The notes: generated by a model from the sequence alone, not told the origin. Positions 9,730-20,539 are shown, counted from the stretch's first letter. The stretch: 64,000 bases of DNA from a virus (IMGVR_UViG_3300046534_001374:75596-139595); one strand, 5' to 3'. Program-made: numbers and translations.

Positions 9730-10221
9730 ATGAGTGAGGGTCAATACGATGTTTTTGATAAAATGATTACAAAAATCAAAAGCCGCAATGCTAAAAAAAT
9801 AGCACAGGATTATTTTGATGATTGGGAACGGGATGCATCGGTAGACCAGCTAACATTAATGGTTAAATTAGAGGAGGTTTCTTTGATTGCACATAAATGG
9901 TCAAAGAGAAATTTTGACCAAAAAATGTATTTGTATGAACTTGGTAGAATGAGAGAAACTGTTTTTCAAAAACTTAAAAAAATCAAACAACATTCAGGAG
10001 ATATTTTAGATAAAAGTAGATTTGGAACACTGTCAGAGGATGCTCCAGCTTGGGGTTATGCGTTAAAGAAGGAACAACCTCTTATAGATATTGATAATAG
10101 CATTGCAGAGAATGTGTTGTTGTCTGAGTTTATTCAGGAATATGTAAACTTTGCAAAATTCACATTGATGAAGTCTTGTAGTAGTATTGTTGAACTTAAA
10201 AAAGTCGAAGCCCTAACATAA
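9730..10221 (+). CDS. uvsY: recombination mediator UvsY-like
   Basis: WERDASVDQLTL...LIAHKWSK helical pattern, size, and position directly before uvsW. Confidence 0.6.
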   Translation: MSEGQYDVFDKMITKIKSRNAKKIAQDYFDDWERDASVDQLTLMVKLEEVSLIAHKWSKRNFDQKMYLYELGRMRETVFQKLKKIKQHSGDILDKSRFGTLSEDAPAWGYALKKEQPLIDIDNSIAENVLLSEFIQEYVNFAKFTLMKSCSSIVELKKVEALT

Positions 10222-11714
10222 TGCTGGAATTTCAAATAAATATTGATCTTGATGAAGAAGGCAACGGTGTTCTTGAAAGCACTCATTTCGAAATCATTAG
10301 GAATAAATTTTCATGGGCAAACCCAGAGTATAGATTTGCTCCGAAATGGAGAAAGAATCAGCTTATGAAAAAATGTTATGCAATCGACACAAACGGAAAA
10401 TTCCCAATCGGATTACTGAATGAGATTTATGATTTCACAAAAGCATTCATACCACACCTAAACAAAAATCAATTTATTGTTAGCTCCAGAGCTAGGTATT
10501 TTTATGAACCCTCGTTCTTATTACCAACGAAATACGAACTCCACCAATTTGATGGTTGGGAATATCGCGATATCCAGTTGAAAGCTTTAGATCGAGTATT
10601 CGTAAGAGGTAGAGGTATCGTTAAGGTTGGAACTAGTGGAGGGAAAGGGTTAATCATGGCTTCCATTTGTAGGACTATTTTGAACTACAACCCTTGCCAG
10701 ACTATTGCCATTTTGGTTCCGACACATTTGGTTGGGAAAACCTACGATGAATTTATTGACGAATTTAAATTCACCACGGAGCAAGTTTCCCAATGGACCG
10801 CTAAAGGGAAAGAAGATTTCACTACACCGATAATCATTGTTGGATCAAATCTTTCAGTTGCCCGTGCAGAGAAGTTTCACCAACACATCGGAAACCGAAA
10901 TCTTTTTTTAATTGATGAATGTCACATAATAAAGGATTCCAGTAAAATAACGCAACTGGTTAAATCGGTCAAGACTAACAATATTATTGGGTTTACCGGA
11001 ACTCTACCACCAGAACCACAAGACCTTTATTCTGTTTTAGGAAATATTGGTAAAGTTGTTTGCAACGTAGAGTCCTCTGAACTCAGGGATAAAGGTTTGA
11101 AGGCACGTTCCAAGGTTTACTCTACATGTTTCACAGGGTGCTCCTACAAGCCCGTAAAGGAGTATGTAGATGAAGAAGGTAGCGAGAAGATTTACACAGA
11201 CACTCAAATGTTCACGAATGAGATGGAATACCTTTTGAGATCTCCAGAAAGAACAGATTATATTTGTCGCTGGGTTTTAAAAGTATGCACCGGAAATACC
11301 ATGATTCCGGTTGATCGTGATTTTCATGAAGAGATTTTAAAAGAAAGGCTTGAAAATTGCGGAAGAAAGGTTATCGTCATAAATGGAGACACCCCAGAAG
11401 AAGAAAGAACCAAGGCATACTCCGATATGGAGAATGAGGAAGGGACTATTCTAATTGTCAAAACAGGAGTAATGAGAGAAGGAATTTCAATTAAGAATTT
11501 GAGCTTTATGGTTGGGTTCTTTGCGCAGAAATCATTTATCAGGATAATCCAACTACTCGGTCGAATCGAAAGATTAGGCGGAAATGAGGTTCCGATCTTT
11601 TTTGATTTCTATGACACCACATATTTCAGTAAGAAACACTACACCGAGAGGAAGTCTTTCTATAAAAAGGACAAAACACCAGTTGTCGAAAAAAGGGTGA
11701 AACTTAACTATTAA
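10221..11714 (+). CDS. uvsW: SF2 DNA helicase UvsW
   Basis: RDIQ, GTSGGKG, LVPT, DECH, GFTGT, EGISIKNL, QLLGRIER motifs. Confidence 0.92.
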   Translation: MLEFQINIDLDEEGNGVLESTHFEIIRNKFSWANPEYRFAPKWRKNQLMKKCYAIDTNGKFPIGLLNEIYDFTKAFIPHLNKNQFIVSSRARYFYEPSFLLPTKYELHQFDGWEYRDIQLKALDRVFVRGRGIVKVGTSGGKGLIMASICRTILNYNPCQTIAILVPTHLVGKTYDEFIDEFKFTTEQVSQWTAKGKEDFTTPIIIVGSNLSVARAEKFHQHIGNRNLFLIDECHIIKDSSKITQLVKSVKTNNIIGFTGTLPPEPQDLYSVLGNIGKVVCNVESSELRDKGLKARSKVYSTCFTGCSYKPVKEYVDEEGSEKIYTDTQMFTNEMEYLLRSPERTDYICRWVLKVCTGNTMIPVDRDFHEEILKERLENCGRKVIVINGDTPEEERTKAYSDMENEEGTILIVKTGVMREGISIKNLSFMVGFFAQKSFIRIIQLLGRIERLGGNEVPIFFDFYDTTYFSKKHYTERKSFYKKDKTPVVEKRVKLNY

Positions 11715-11718
11715 TTTT

Positions 11719-12564
11719 ATGAGTAAGAAAAACGAGAAACATTATGTAATCAAGGAAGACCTTTGGCAGGAGATTAAGGAATTTTATGATTCCGAAGGGG
11801 CTATGGGCAACACATTAGGTGTTGTGATTGACAATATTGCCAACAAAATTATGACTAGTCAAAACTTCAGCGGATATCCTTATAAGCAAGAGATGATCAG
11901 TGATGCTGTTTTGAGGATGGTTACAACGTTATCAGAACGTAAATTTAAACTATGGAGTGACGCCAAATGTAAGAAAATCCAATATAGGTCTTTCGTAGGC
12001 TACAAGGTTGACGGTGAGGTTGATCTTGAAAAGGGCGAGGTTTTACAAGTTAATTCTTTTAATATCTTCGAAAATATTGAATCCCATGAACCTAAAAATA
12101 AGGTTGCGAAAAAAATTAAAGATGTATCAATATTTGATATTGACGCCGAACATTTTTTCCATGAAGATATTAAAGGAGTTGTCAAGAAAACCCCTTGTTG
12201 GAAAAAGAATAGAGTCGCAAAGGGGGTTAGTATTGTTAAAACTGGCGATCCTAATGATTTTTTGGAAATCCACACATATATCGAATCTGACAAGAAAGTT
12301 AATGGCCGAAACCTTTACGTTGTCGGTGACATGTATGATAAAGGAGGTAAGGTAGTTAGGCAGAAAAGTAATGCCTTTGGTTATCTATCTCAAATTGCGA
12401 AACACGAAGCAGTCACTAGAATTAAAAAAGAAAAGAAAAACACCGACGCAATTCGAACACACCAAGAAGATGAAATGGTTTCGTTTCAGTCTGAGAATTG
12501 CGAGATGACTCCGCAAAGAATTTTTGACGACAGTTACGAAAGTTACGATAGCAACAATGAGTAA
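11719..12564 (+). CDS. gp55: late-transcription sigma factor gp55 with large insertion
   Basis: HYV..., NFSGYPYKQEMISDA and NAFGYLSQIA...RIKKEKK gp55 motifs separated by ~135 extra aa. Confidence 0.85.
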   Translation: MSKKNEKHYVIKEDLWQEIKEFYDSEGAMGNTLGVVIDNIANKIMTSQNFSGYPYKQEMISDAVLRMVTTLSERKFKLWSDAKCKKIQYRSFVGYKVDGEVDLEKGEVLQVNSFNIFENIESHEPKNKVAKKIKDVSIFDIDAEHFFHEDIKGVVKKTPCWKKNRVAKGVSIVKTGDPNDFLEIHTYIESDKKVNGRNLYVVGDMYDKGGKVVRQKSNAFGYLSQIAKHEAVTRIKKEKKNTDAIRTHQEDEMVSFQSENCEMTPQRIFDDSYESYDSNNE

Positions 12565-12796
12565 TATTAATATGTTTTATTTAATTGAAGACCACGAATA
12601 TTGTAGCGATGTCGATGAGATCTACTGGCACCACAAAACAGTCCTATTCGAAAACGCTAATAAAAAAGTAGTTGAATTCGAACTTGGGAAATGTCATGAT
12701 CACTCATATGAGGTTTCGGGTTATCACATGGATTATTTGAAACATTTTATAGTGGATGAAGAAACACTAGAAACACTAGAACTACGGGGTTTATAA
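12557..12796 (+). CDS. hypothetical protein
   Basis: ORF overlapping gp55 stop. Confidence 0.5.
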   Translation: MSNINMFYLIEDHEYCSDVDEIYWHHKTVLFENANKKVVEFELGKCHDHSYEVSGYHMDYLKHFIVDEETLETLELRGL

Positions 12797-12987
12797 TGAC
12801 ACAATTAGAAGGAACCTACGCAGAGGATGACGAGGAATTTGAATATGTATGTCGGGTATTTTGGTGGGGAAAGGGTTCCGATATAGAATGGGTTAATGGA
12901 TCGGGGGAGGCTGTAGATGTAAGCCACGGCGATGTTTTGAGAATGTTTGGTAATGGCACATGGTGCGCACTGTATAGAAAAAAATAG
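12796..12987 (+). CDS. hypothetical protein
   Basis: 63-aa ORF coupled by TAATG. Confidence 0.5.
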   Translation: MTQLEGTYAEDDEEFEYVCRVFWWGKGSDIEWVNGSGEAVDVSHGDVLRMFGNGTWCALYRKK

Positions 12988-12988
12988 T

Positions 12989-14056
12989 ATGAAAATTAAA
13001 GGTAAACAAATAGGTATTATAGGAGATCTACACTTAGGTTCTAAGAACGGAACCCATGCAGATAAATGGGAGAAGGTTTATGACGATGTCCTAGAATGGA
13101 TTGAAGAATCATTCTTAAACAGGGTTGAAACTATCATGTTCCTCGGAGATATCTTCGATGGGAGATTTAGCAAGACTAGTGAGAAAGCTATGTCTTTCAG
13201 GACACTTAACTATGCCGATAAATTCTTTGAGCGTTTGGCTCAGAACTTTGAAGTTATTGCCTTCAGTGGTAACCATGATGTTTACTATAAAGATAGTTGT
13301 GAGGTTAGTGCTTTGACTCTGTTAGAAAACAAACCAAACATAAGAGTTGTATCTAAGCCAACGCCTTTTGAGGTTGATGATAGGGTTTATAAAATACTAC
13401 CTTGGGCTTGCTGCCCATTTACCGGACATCAGAAGGGTGAGGTTTATGATGCAATCTTCGCTCACTTGGATATCCAAACATTTAAGATGAACGCTCACAA
13501 GGTCTCTGAGCACGGGTATACACCAAAAGCCTTATTCGAGATCTGCGATGTTGTTTATACCGGACATTATCACGGAAGACAACAGAGGGAATACCAGAAG
13601 GGTAAGAAGGGGATCTACTACGTAGGGACACCCCTACAGTTGGATTGGAATGAAGCAGGTAAGGACAGTTTCATTTACATTCTGGATCTATCTAAAAATA
13701 AAATGGTAGAAGAGTTTGAAAATGACTTTTCACCGAAACATATTAAAATGGATGCTAGTTCCATTATCAAAAATAAAGGAAAAGATATTGGTCATAATAT
13801 TGTAGAGGTTTTGTGGGATATATCACCAGAGGAAAATCTAACAAAGATGGAAGGAGTTCTAGAAGGAATTCAAACCTTCTCACATAAAATGAACTTCGAA
13901 AAAACCATCACCGTTGATGTCAATGAATTGAAACTTATAACCGAAGCTATTGAACCGACAGAACAAGCGGAGGAATATATCAATCAAATGGATTGGCCTA
14001 ATACAGATAAAGTAGTTGAAAAATCAGTATCCTTCATTAACATCGTAAAAGTATGA
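12989..14056 (+). CDS. gp47: recombination endonuclease nuclease subunit (Mre11/SbcD-like)
   Basis: GDLH, LGDIFD, GNHD, AHL, GHYH metallophosphoesterase motifs. Confidence 0.92.
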   Translation: MKIKGKQIGIIGDLHLGSKNGTHADKWEKVYDDVLEWIEESFLNRVETIMFLGDIFDGRFSKTSEKAMSFRTLNYADKFFERLAQNFEVIAFSGNHDVYYKDSCEVSALTLLENKPNIRVVSKPTPFEVDDRVYKILPWACCPFTGHQKGEVYDAIFAHLDIQTFKMNAHKVSEHGYTPKALFEICDVVYTGHYHGRQQREYQKGKKGIYYVGTPLQLDWNEAGKDSFIYILDLSKNKMVEEFENDFSPKHIKMDASSIIKNKGKDIGHNIVEVLWDISPEENLTKMEGVLEGIQTFSHKMNFEKTITVDVNELKLITEAIEPTEQAEEYINQMDWPNTDKVVEKSVSFINIVKV

Positions 14057-15249
14057 GGAGTATCATTAGAGAGAAAAAAGACAGGGTTAATATAGGAGAT
14101 CTTGAGTCTATGGGTATGGACAATCGCGGCGGGTTCCACCCTTCGGTATTTTTTGCTAAAAGGACAGGACATTCTGGGTTGGTTTATAATTACGTAGAAC
14201 CTGCTTTATTTAAGACGTTATGGACTAAACCAACAACAAACGGAATCATTTACCGAAATGACCTGATTGATATGTTGAACGAACACCCCGACTATATGGT
14301 TGTATCGCTACATCAAAATACCGTAGATATGAGATCCCTACTAGATGACGAAGAGTTAGGGTATTATGGATCAATTAGAGAATATAATCAGATTTGGTTT
14401 TATGACACCCTAAACCGGATGGTTTTAGGTCTTGTATATAACGATAAGGGTTGTTCCCATACTACATTTTTTTGTTTAAAATCTGAAACTCATGTGGATT
14501 ATATAAAAACGGTTGAAGACTACAAGTTGAGCGAAGAGGAATTTGTAAAGGACCAAATCCCTAAAGTATTTATATTAGAGAGTAATCAGTTAGAAGGTCT
14601 TTTCAAAACCCCTTTCGGGTTATCCGAGATAGATGTAGACCTTGATATGAACTATAATGAGGATATCCTCGATATGGACAACAATATGGAAAGGTTCATC
14701 AATAATAAAGAAACCGGAAATGGCCTGTGTTTGTTACACGGCGACCCGTCAGGGGGTAAGACGAGTTACATTAAGCATTTGATACAGACATACCCAGCAA
14801 CACCCTTTGTGTTTATAGCACCGTCTATGGTGACCGCATTCGCATCTCCTGAATTTACCTCGTTTTTGAGATCTAATAAGGGTGCTATTATGATTATTGA
14901 AGATGCTGAATCTATTCTTAGAAAGAGGGAGGACGGTGAGCGTAATGATTGTGTTGCCAACTTACTACAAATGACTGATGGTTTACTTTCGGATGCATAT
15001 AATTTAAAGATCATAGCTACATTCAATACCGGATTGAAGCATATTGACGAGGCTCTTACAAGAAAGGGCAGGTTGCATGTAGAGTATAAATTCGGAAAGT
15101 TGTCACTGTCCAAGTCTAAACTGAAAGCAAAGGAACTAGGTATAGACGAGGATCTAATCACAGATCCAATGATGTTAGGGGAAATTTATAACTTTCTTAA
15201 AGAAAATGGTGTGAAAAAGGTGGAAAAAAGAAAAATTGGGTTTAATTAA
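14053..15249 (+). CDS. AAA+ ATPase
   Basis: HGDPSGGKT, IIEDAE, LLQMTDGL, ALTRKGRL, C-terminal KIGF. Confidence 0.85.
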   Translation: MRSIIREKKDRVNIGDLESMGMDNRGGFHPSVFFAKRTGHSGLVYNYVEPALFKTLWTKPTTNGIIYRNDLIDMLNEHPDYMVVSLHQNTVDMRSLLDDEELGYYGSIREYNQIWFYDTLNRMVLGLVYNDKGCSHTTFFCLKSETHVDYIKTVEDYKLSEEEFVKDQIPKVFILESNQLEGLFKTPFGLSEIDVDLDMNYNEDILDMDNNMERFINNKETGNGLCLLHGDPSGGKTSYIKHLIQTYPATPFVFIAPSMVTAFASPEFTSFLRSNKGAIMIIEDAESILRKREDGERNDCVANLLQMTDGLLSDAYNLKIIATFNTGLKHIDEALTRKGRLHVEYKFGKLSLSKSKLKAKELGIDEDLITDPMMLGEIYNFLKENGVKKVEKRKIGFN

Positions 15250-15254
15250 AGTTT

Positions 15255-15881
15255 ATGGCTAATAAGAAGACAGCAAAAACTAAGACAGCAACTGTAAAGA
15301 AAGAGGTTGCAACTACAGATATCGCAAATGTGTTTAAGGATGAAATTCCCCAAGCCAAAAAAAATTGGGCACCCAGTCAGGGTGTCGGCGAAGGGGGGGT
15401 GGTCGAAAGCTTTTCTGATGTTGAAGTTTCAGAGAATCAGTTTTCACCCGAAACTGATTTAAAAGGAGGAGTCCGACCCAACGTGGAATTGCAGTTGGCG
15501 GCTATGCAAAATTCTATTGCGGAATTAGCTAAAATTCAAAGAGAATCCTTACAACTACAGGCTTCCGAACCTGCTGGAACTCCCCGTGGTCATGATATTG
15601 AACAAAATAATAGAAAAACTGCATTGACATCGGCTCAGAAGACTTCAACTTCAGTGAAATTGTCAGAACCACAACGCAGTCCAGCATATGTCGGAGGAAA
15701 TCCAGAAGGACTTGAAGAGCGAGTTCGTAGATTTATTGCGGAGTTGGCGTCATACGAAACGAAAGCTCGCTCACTCAGTAAAGAAATGGTTCGGGATATT
15801 GATATGAAGCGACAGGATTCGGCAAATGCCGATAACTTCAAATGGTTTCAAGATCGGTTGAACGACATTATTAAAGGATAA
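15255..15881 (+). CDS. hypothetical protein
   Basis: 208-aa ORF. Confidence 0.65.
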   Translation: MANKKTAKTKTATVKKEVATTDIANVFKDEIPQAKKNWAPSQGVGEGGVVESFSDVEVSENQFSPETDLKGGVRPNVELQLAAMQNSIAELAKIQRESLQLQASEPAGTPRGHDIEQNNRKTALTSAQKTSTSVKLSEPQRSPAYVGGNPEGLEERVRRFIAELASYETKARSLSKEMVRDIDMKRQDSANADNFKWFQDRLNDIIKG

Positions 15882-15885
15882 AATT

Positions 15886-16116
15886 ATGAACGAAGAAACT
15901 AGAGAAACATACGAAGAGGAACTATTAAGGCTTCAAGTTGAAAATCAAAGGATACAAAACGCAATTTTATTGTCAAATCACACATCAGTGTCCTTACTAT
16001 ATCTCTTGAAGAGAGATATAGGTTGGACTGATGATGAATTGAAAGAAAACGAAGCATGGTTAATGAGGGAGTTTAAAGTTTCATTTGCTAACAATCAGAC
16101 TTTAGCGTGTGGTTAG
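15886..16116 (+). CDS. hypothetical protein
   Basis: 76-aa ORF, packed. Confidence 0.55.
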   Translation: MNEETRETYEEELLRLQVENQRIQNAILLSNHTSVSLLYLLKRDIGWTDDELKENEAWLMREFKVSFANNQTLACG

Positions 16117-16119
16117 GGT

Positions 16120-16599
16120 ATGAAAATTATTGAAGGTAATTTATTAGACTTCCCCGAAGATATAGACTTCGCTTATCACAACGCGAATTGTAGAGCTTGT
16201 ATGGGATCTGGAATAGCTCTGGAGGTCAGAAAAAGATTTCCAGAGGTATTCCAATCTGATAAAGATTATTCGATTCAAGTAGGTCCGAGGAGACTAGGGA
16301 ATTATTCTTTTTCCAAATTGAAGAAAGCCCCCGATAAAAGAGTCTACAATTTGTATGGACAAGATTTGGGTGGCGAAGTTCCATTTAGGATTAAGTCTTA
16401 TATGTCTGCTCTCCTCAAATCACTTAAACATATCAGGAATGAATGTAGCGTCAATAAAACCAAACTACCTATTCTAGGATTCCCTTGGTTAGTTGGTGCG
16501 GGATTAGGTGGCGGATATTTTCCATACATTAAAGATGTTACCGAATGGATGTTGGATCAAAATGGATTTGAAGGGGTGTGGGTAAAATTTAATGAATGA
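16120..16599 (+). CDS. macrodomain (ADP-ribose-processing, T4 Tk.4-like) protein
   Basis: IIEGNLL...HNANC...MGSGIA...NLYGQ...P.VGAGLGGG. Confidence 0.85.
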   Translation: MKIIEGNLLDFPEDIDFAYHNANCRACMGSGIALEVRKRFPEVFQSDKDYSIQVGPRRLGNYSFSKLKKAPDKRVYNLYGQDLGGEVPFRIKSYMSALLKSLKHIRNECSVNKTKLPILGFPWLVGAGLGGGYFPYIKDVTEWMLDQNGFEGVWVKFNE

Positions 16600-16855
16600 T
16601 AAAGATTTCCATTTGTTAGGCGAAGAAAGCGAAATCCAACACACACTCTGCATTGACATGGGTTTAGAGGAGCTTTATGGTTTGGATGTAGTCATAGACC
16701 GAGAAATCGTAGACCAGCACCTAAGGACGTTTATATGTCCATTAAAGGGTGTTACATGGGTCTATTATGATGAACATCCCTTGGTCGTTACGTGGACAGA
16801 AGAATTCGAAGGGACTACAACAACCTTCACTAGATTATTATTTGAGAGTTTATAG
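16592..16855 (+). CDS. hypothetical protein
   Basis: 87-aa ORF. Confidence 0.55.
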   Translation: MNDKDFHLLGEESEIQHTLCIDMGLEELYGLDVVIDREIVDQHLRTFICPLKGVTWVYYDEHPLVVTWTEEFEGTTTTFTRLLFESL

Positions 16856-16890
16856 CTTGACCCGAAGAAAAAATAGCCCACCATCACCGT

Positions 16891-17340
16891 ATGGACCTAG
16901 CCGATAAACCCTACGAGATTGGAGATGTAATCCAATCTATAGAAACCCACACATCACCCTCTATCGAGGAATGTATTGAAACCCCTGCCGATCATTGGTG
17001 GGTTCGTTTTGTCAAAATAGTTGTAGCAGAAACCGAAGACGACGTAGATATTGTTTACGGAAAATACACCTTGAATAACGAAAGTTGTATTTGTAGTTGT
17101 AGAGATTGGGCGGGTATTTGGGATTTTGGAAATTATAGCTATAAACACCACTATAATTGTGAGCACTATGATGACACTATTATCGAAGTGGTCAGGGTCT
17201 CTTTAGATGGGAATTGTTATTACGAAAAGAGTATGTCGGAAGCATTAGAACATAAGAATGAAAACGACTCGGTTAAGTTTGAGTATATGTTTATGGAGAA
17301 ATCCAACTACGAAGAGCTACCTGAATTTGAAGGATTTTAA
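16891..17340 (+). CDS. hypothetical protein
   Basis: 149-aa ORF ending LPEFEGF. Confidence 0.6.
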   Translation: MDLADKPYEIGDVIQSIETHTSPSIEECIETPADHWWVRFVKIVVAETEDDVDIVYGKYTLNNESCICSCRDWAGIWDFGNYSYKHHYNCEHYDDTIIEVVRVSLDGNCYYEKSMSEALEHKNENDSVKFEYMFMEKSNYEELPEFEGF

Positions 17341-17342
17341 TT

Positions 17343-17789
17343 ATGAAAGAAATGAAAGAAGAATATAGTGTATCATATGATAGTTTTACAGATCGTTTTC
17401 ATATTTATAAAACCGATGAACCAAACCCTTTAAAGCGCGGTATATCCGATGAAGATTTGACCGAAGAAAATAAACCCTTTTTTCAAAAACTAATCAATCA
17501 ATACGCTGAAGAGAATAAGGATATTATCTATCAAAAGAAAGAATATAATAAAGTAAGCTCTTTGTTCGAAAACAATCGAAAAAAAGCTACAGTAGAGGGT
17601 GTTAAGATTATTTTACCTGATGATTTTAACCCTGATTTTGATGATTGGGAAAAATTTATCAAACATAAAACCAATACCGATTCTGTGTTTATTTATGATG
17701 ATATTAGATTTCTCAGCGGAACTGCTGGATTTATGATTAAGGACAAACAAGGGAAAGTAAAAAAACAGTTAGTTATTTGGAGAAGTTAA
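17343..17789 (+). CDS. hypothetical protein
   Basis: 148-aa ORF. Confidence 0.6.
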   Translation: MKEMKEEYSVSYDSFTDRFHIYKTDEPNPLKRGISDEDLTEENKPFFQKLINQYAEENKDIIYQKKEYNKVSSLFENNRKKATVEGVKIILPDDFNPDFDDWEKFIKHKTNTDSVFIYDDIRFLSGTAGFMIKDKQGKVKKQLVIWRS

Positions 17790-17879
17790 ATTTATAGTTG
17801 TGAGATCAACTTTAAAAAACTCAATTATATTAGTTGCCTTGGAAGCACTGAAAACATCACCTACGACAAAGAAAAAAAT

Positions 17880-20531
17880 ATGTATAGACACGTTTATTAC
17901 GACAAGAAAAGTTCCCAGATCCATGAAAACACATGGGATACCGAGGGAGAGAGAATTACAAAGGTTACCGATTTTAAACCTTTCCTGTTCACAGAGACAG
18001 ACAAGAAAACCAAATACAAATCCATTTTTGGAACGTATCTAGAACCGCATCTATTTGATAATGATAGTAAGCGTTACTGGTTTGTTGAGAATAAGGATGA
18101 GAAGATTTTCTACAATCTTCCACCAGAGCAGCAATACCTAATTGCAAACTATCGAAAGGTTCCGCAGGAGGAATTTTCGGTAAATCCAATCAGAACTTTC
18201 TTTCTGGATATTGAAGCACCAGCCAAATCTGAATTTCCTGCACCGAAAGATGCCAAGTATGAAATCGATCTTATGTCCATCTATGATTCCCTGACAGGGA
18301 AGTATTATATGTGGGGTAAGAAAGCTTGGGATAGAAGTGGAGTTGAAGAGACCCTAGATAAACTCAACAAGGAAAAGGGTGAGGAAGGAAAACTACTCCC
18401 TATTTCTATTGATGATATTGTGTATTATGAGATAGAAGATGAGAAGGAACGACTTACCCATATGCTCAATTTTTGGGTTAAGAATTATCCCGATATTTAC
18501 ACAGGCTGGAACTGTAATGGTTTCGATACAGTCTATATCATTAATAGATTGAAGCTTGTATTGGGTGGAAAACACTACCAGAAGCTTTCACCTTACGGTA
18601 AGGTTACAGCCAAAGAAGGTTTCGATAAATTCGGAAACCCCGAAATTCGTTATAATATCCACGGCATTAACGTTATGGATTATATGGATGTGTTTTCTAC
18701 TTTCACCTTTAAGGCTGAGAGAGAAAGTTGGTCTCTGGATGCAGTTGCTAGCGATATCCTAGAATGCGGTAAGGTCGATGCTGGGATGTCTCTCTACGAT
18801 CTATCCATAAAAGATTGGCCCAAATACAGCCTCTATAACTTGGTTGACGTAGCTCTTCTAGTTTCTATGGATGCCGAGTTGGAATTCCTTGAAACGTCTC
18901 GCCAGACGGCATATGAGGGGTTCTCCAACTATGTCGAGAGCTTGGGTAAGATCAAGGTTATTAATGGATCTATTGCGGCAAGTGCTGTTAACAAAGGTGT
19001 GTTTGTTCCTTCGGCTAAAAGATCGCAACCAGTATCCTTTGAGGGTGGGTTTGTTAAAGAACCAACTGTGGGGCTGACAACAAATCTATTTTCTTACGAT
19101 ATCACATCACTATATCCAACGAATATGATTTCATTGAACACTTCATTGGAAACCAAAGTTGGATCTGTCCAAGGTCAAGACGGCGAGTTTATCATTTACA
19201 CCGACTACGGAACTTCCTGTAAAGTCAGGGAAGATCGATTCCTAGATGAGATGAGAGAAAAGGGCTATTGTGTTTCAAAAGCTGATGTTATTTTTGACTT
19301 GAACAAATCAGGTATTGTTATCGAATTTATTCAAAAGCAGTTTGATAACAAAAGCCTGTATACGAAAAAAGCCGACCAATGTCTCTCAAAAGATGATTTT
19401 GAGGGTGCTAAATACTGGCAGAGAAAAGCGAAGATCACCAAGATTTTTCTTAATAGTTGTTATGGGATGATTTCAGCAGCAGCTTCACCTCTTTATGATT
19501 TGGATATTGCCCGTTCAATTACTTTAACTGGACAAGGTGTTACTAAGAATGCGATTGATGAGATACAAAAGTTGTTTAAAAAAAGTTATGGTTGTGAAGA
19601 AGATCCGGTTGTGGGCGGGGACACGGATAGTGTTATGGTTACGTTCGATTCCGTAGTTAAACACTACGGTAAAGAATTCTTTGAAAATGAAGCACTAACC
19701 CCTTTCGGTAAAATCTATTCTGATAAGATTGGTGATTTTCTTAATAAGATCACTAATGATTGGGCTAGAGATACGATGGCTTGCACCAAACCTACGTATA
19801 ACTTTGGTAGGGAAAAAGCAGCACCAACCGCTTTGTTCTTTGCTAAAAAGCAATATGCATACTACGTCCTAGATAACGAAGGCTTTCCTCTCCCCGAAAA
19901 GAAGAGGATGAAATACACTGGGTTGAAGGTTATCAAATCCGAATATTCGCCTATGGTGAAGGGTTTGTTCAACGAGCTGTATTTTGAAACTCTCGCCAAA
20001 TATCTGGAGATGGGTCATAAGTTTAATAGGATTCATTTATGTAAAATTTTAGCGAAACATAAGGAGCAGTTTTTCAAGGCAAGTTTTTCAGACGTGTCTA
20101 AAAGACAGAGAGCAAACAACCTGTCCCTATACGAGAATGGTGGTTCTAGAGTTAATAAAGAAGGATCGACTGTTATTACCGAAGGTTTTAGAGAACGTTA
20201 TGTCGCAGGGAGTCGTTGTCCTGCCCAAGTCAAGTCTTGTGTATTTCATAATAGGATCGTCGAAGACTTGGGACTAAAAGGGAAGTATCAATTACATCAA
20301 GGAGGTGTTAAAGCTCTGTGGTGTTATATTAAACCTAATGAATATGGTATCGAGTCTATCGCGGGCAGTAATCAGAAACTACCTGAAGAGTTTGGTTTGG
20401 AGATAGATTACGAAAAGCAATGGGAAAAAATGTATCTAACCGTGGCCAAACAATTGTTCGATACGGTTGGTTGGATCTTCCCCAATCTGAAGCATGATGA
20501 AGAAGTCGATTTCGAAGAGCTTTTTGGATAA
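17880..20531 (+). CDS. gp43: family B DNA polymerase
   Basis: Exo DIE, GWNCNGFD, YNLVDV; Pol YDITSLYP, KIFLNSCYG, GDTDS, KKQY. Confidence 0.97.
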   Translation: MYRHVYYDKKSSQIHENTWDTEGERITKVTDFKPFLFTETDKKTKYKSIFGTYLEPHLFDNDSKRYWFVENKDEKIFYNLPPEQQYLIANYRKVPQEEFSVNPIRTFFLDIEAPAKSEFPAPKDAKYEIDLMSIYDSLTGKYYMWGKKAWDRSGVEETLDKLNKEKGEEGKLLPISIDDIVYYEIEDEKERLTHMLNFWVKNYPDIYTGWNCNGFDTVYIINRLKLVLGGKHYQKLSPYGKVTAKEGFDKFGNPEIRYNIHGINVMDYMDVFSTFTFKAERESWSLDAVASDILECGKVDAGMSLYDLSIKDWPKYSLYNLVDVALLVSMDAELEFLETSRQTAYEGFSNYVESLGKIKVINGSIAASAVNKGVFVPSAKRSQPVSFEGGFVKEPTVGLTTNLFSYDITSLYPTNMISLNTSLETKVGSVQGQDGEFIIYTDYGTSCKVREDRFLDEMREKGYCVSKADVIFDLNKSGIVIEFIQKQFDNKSLYTKKADQCLSKDDFEGAKYWQRKAKITKIFLNSCYGMISAAASPLYDLDIARSITLTGQGVTKNAIDEIQKLFKKSYGCEEDPVVGGDTDSVMVTFDSVVKHYGKEFFENEALTPFGKIYSDKIGDFLNKITNDWARDTMACTKPTYNFGREKAAPTALFFAKKQYAYYVLDNEGFPLPEKKRMKYTGLKVIKSEYSPMVKGLFNELYFETLAKYLEMGHKFNRIHLCKILAKHKEQFFKASFSDVSKRQRANNLSLYENGGSRVNKEGSTVITEGFRERYVAGSRCPAQVKSCVFHNRIVEDLGLKGKYQLHQGGVKALWCYIKPNEYGIESIAGSNQKLPEEFGLEIDYEKQWEKMYLTVAKQLFDTVGWIFPNLKHDEEVDFEELFG

Positions 20532-20539
20532 TTAATATT

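Noticed and set aside
11953-12360. Intein in gp55
   Set aside because: No N-terminal C/S block A motif, no terminal HN/HQ before C/S/T, no LAGLIDADG motifs
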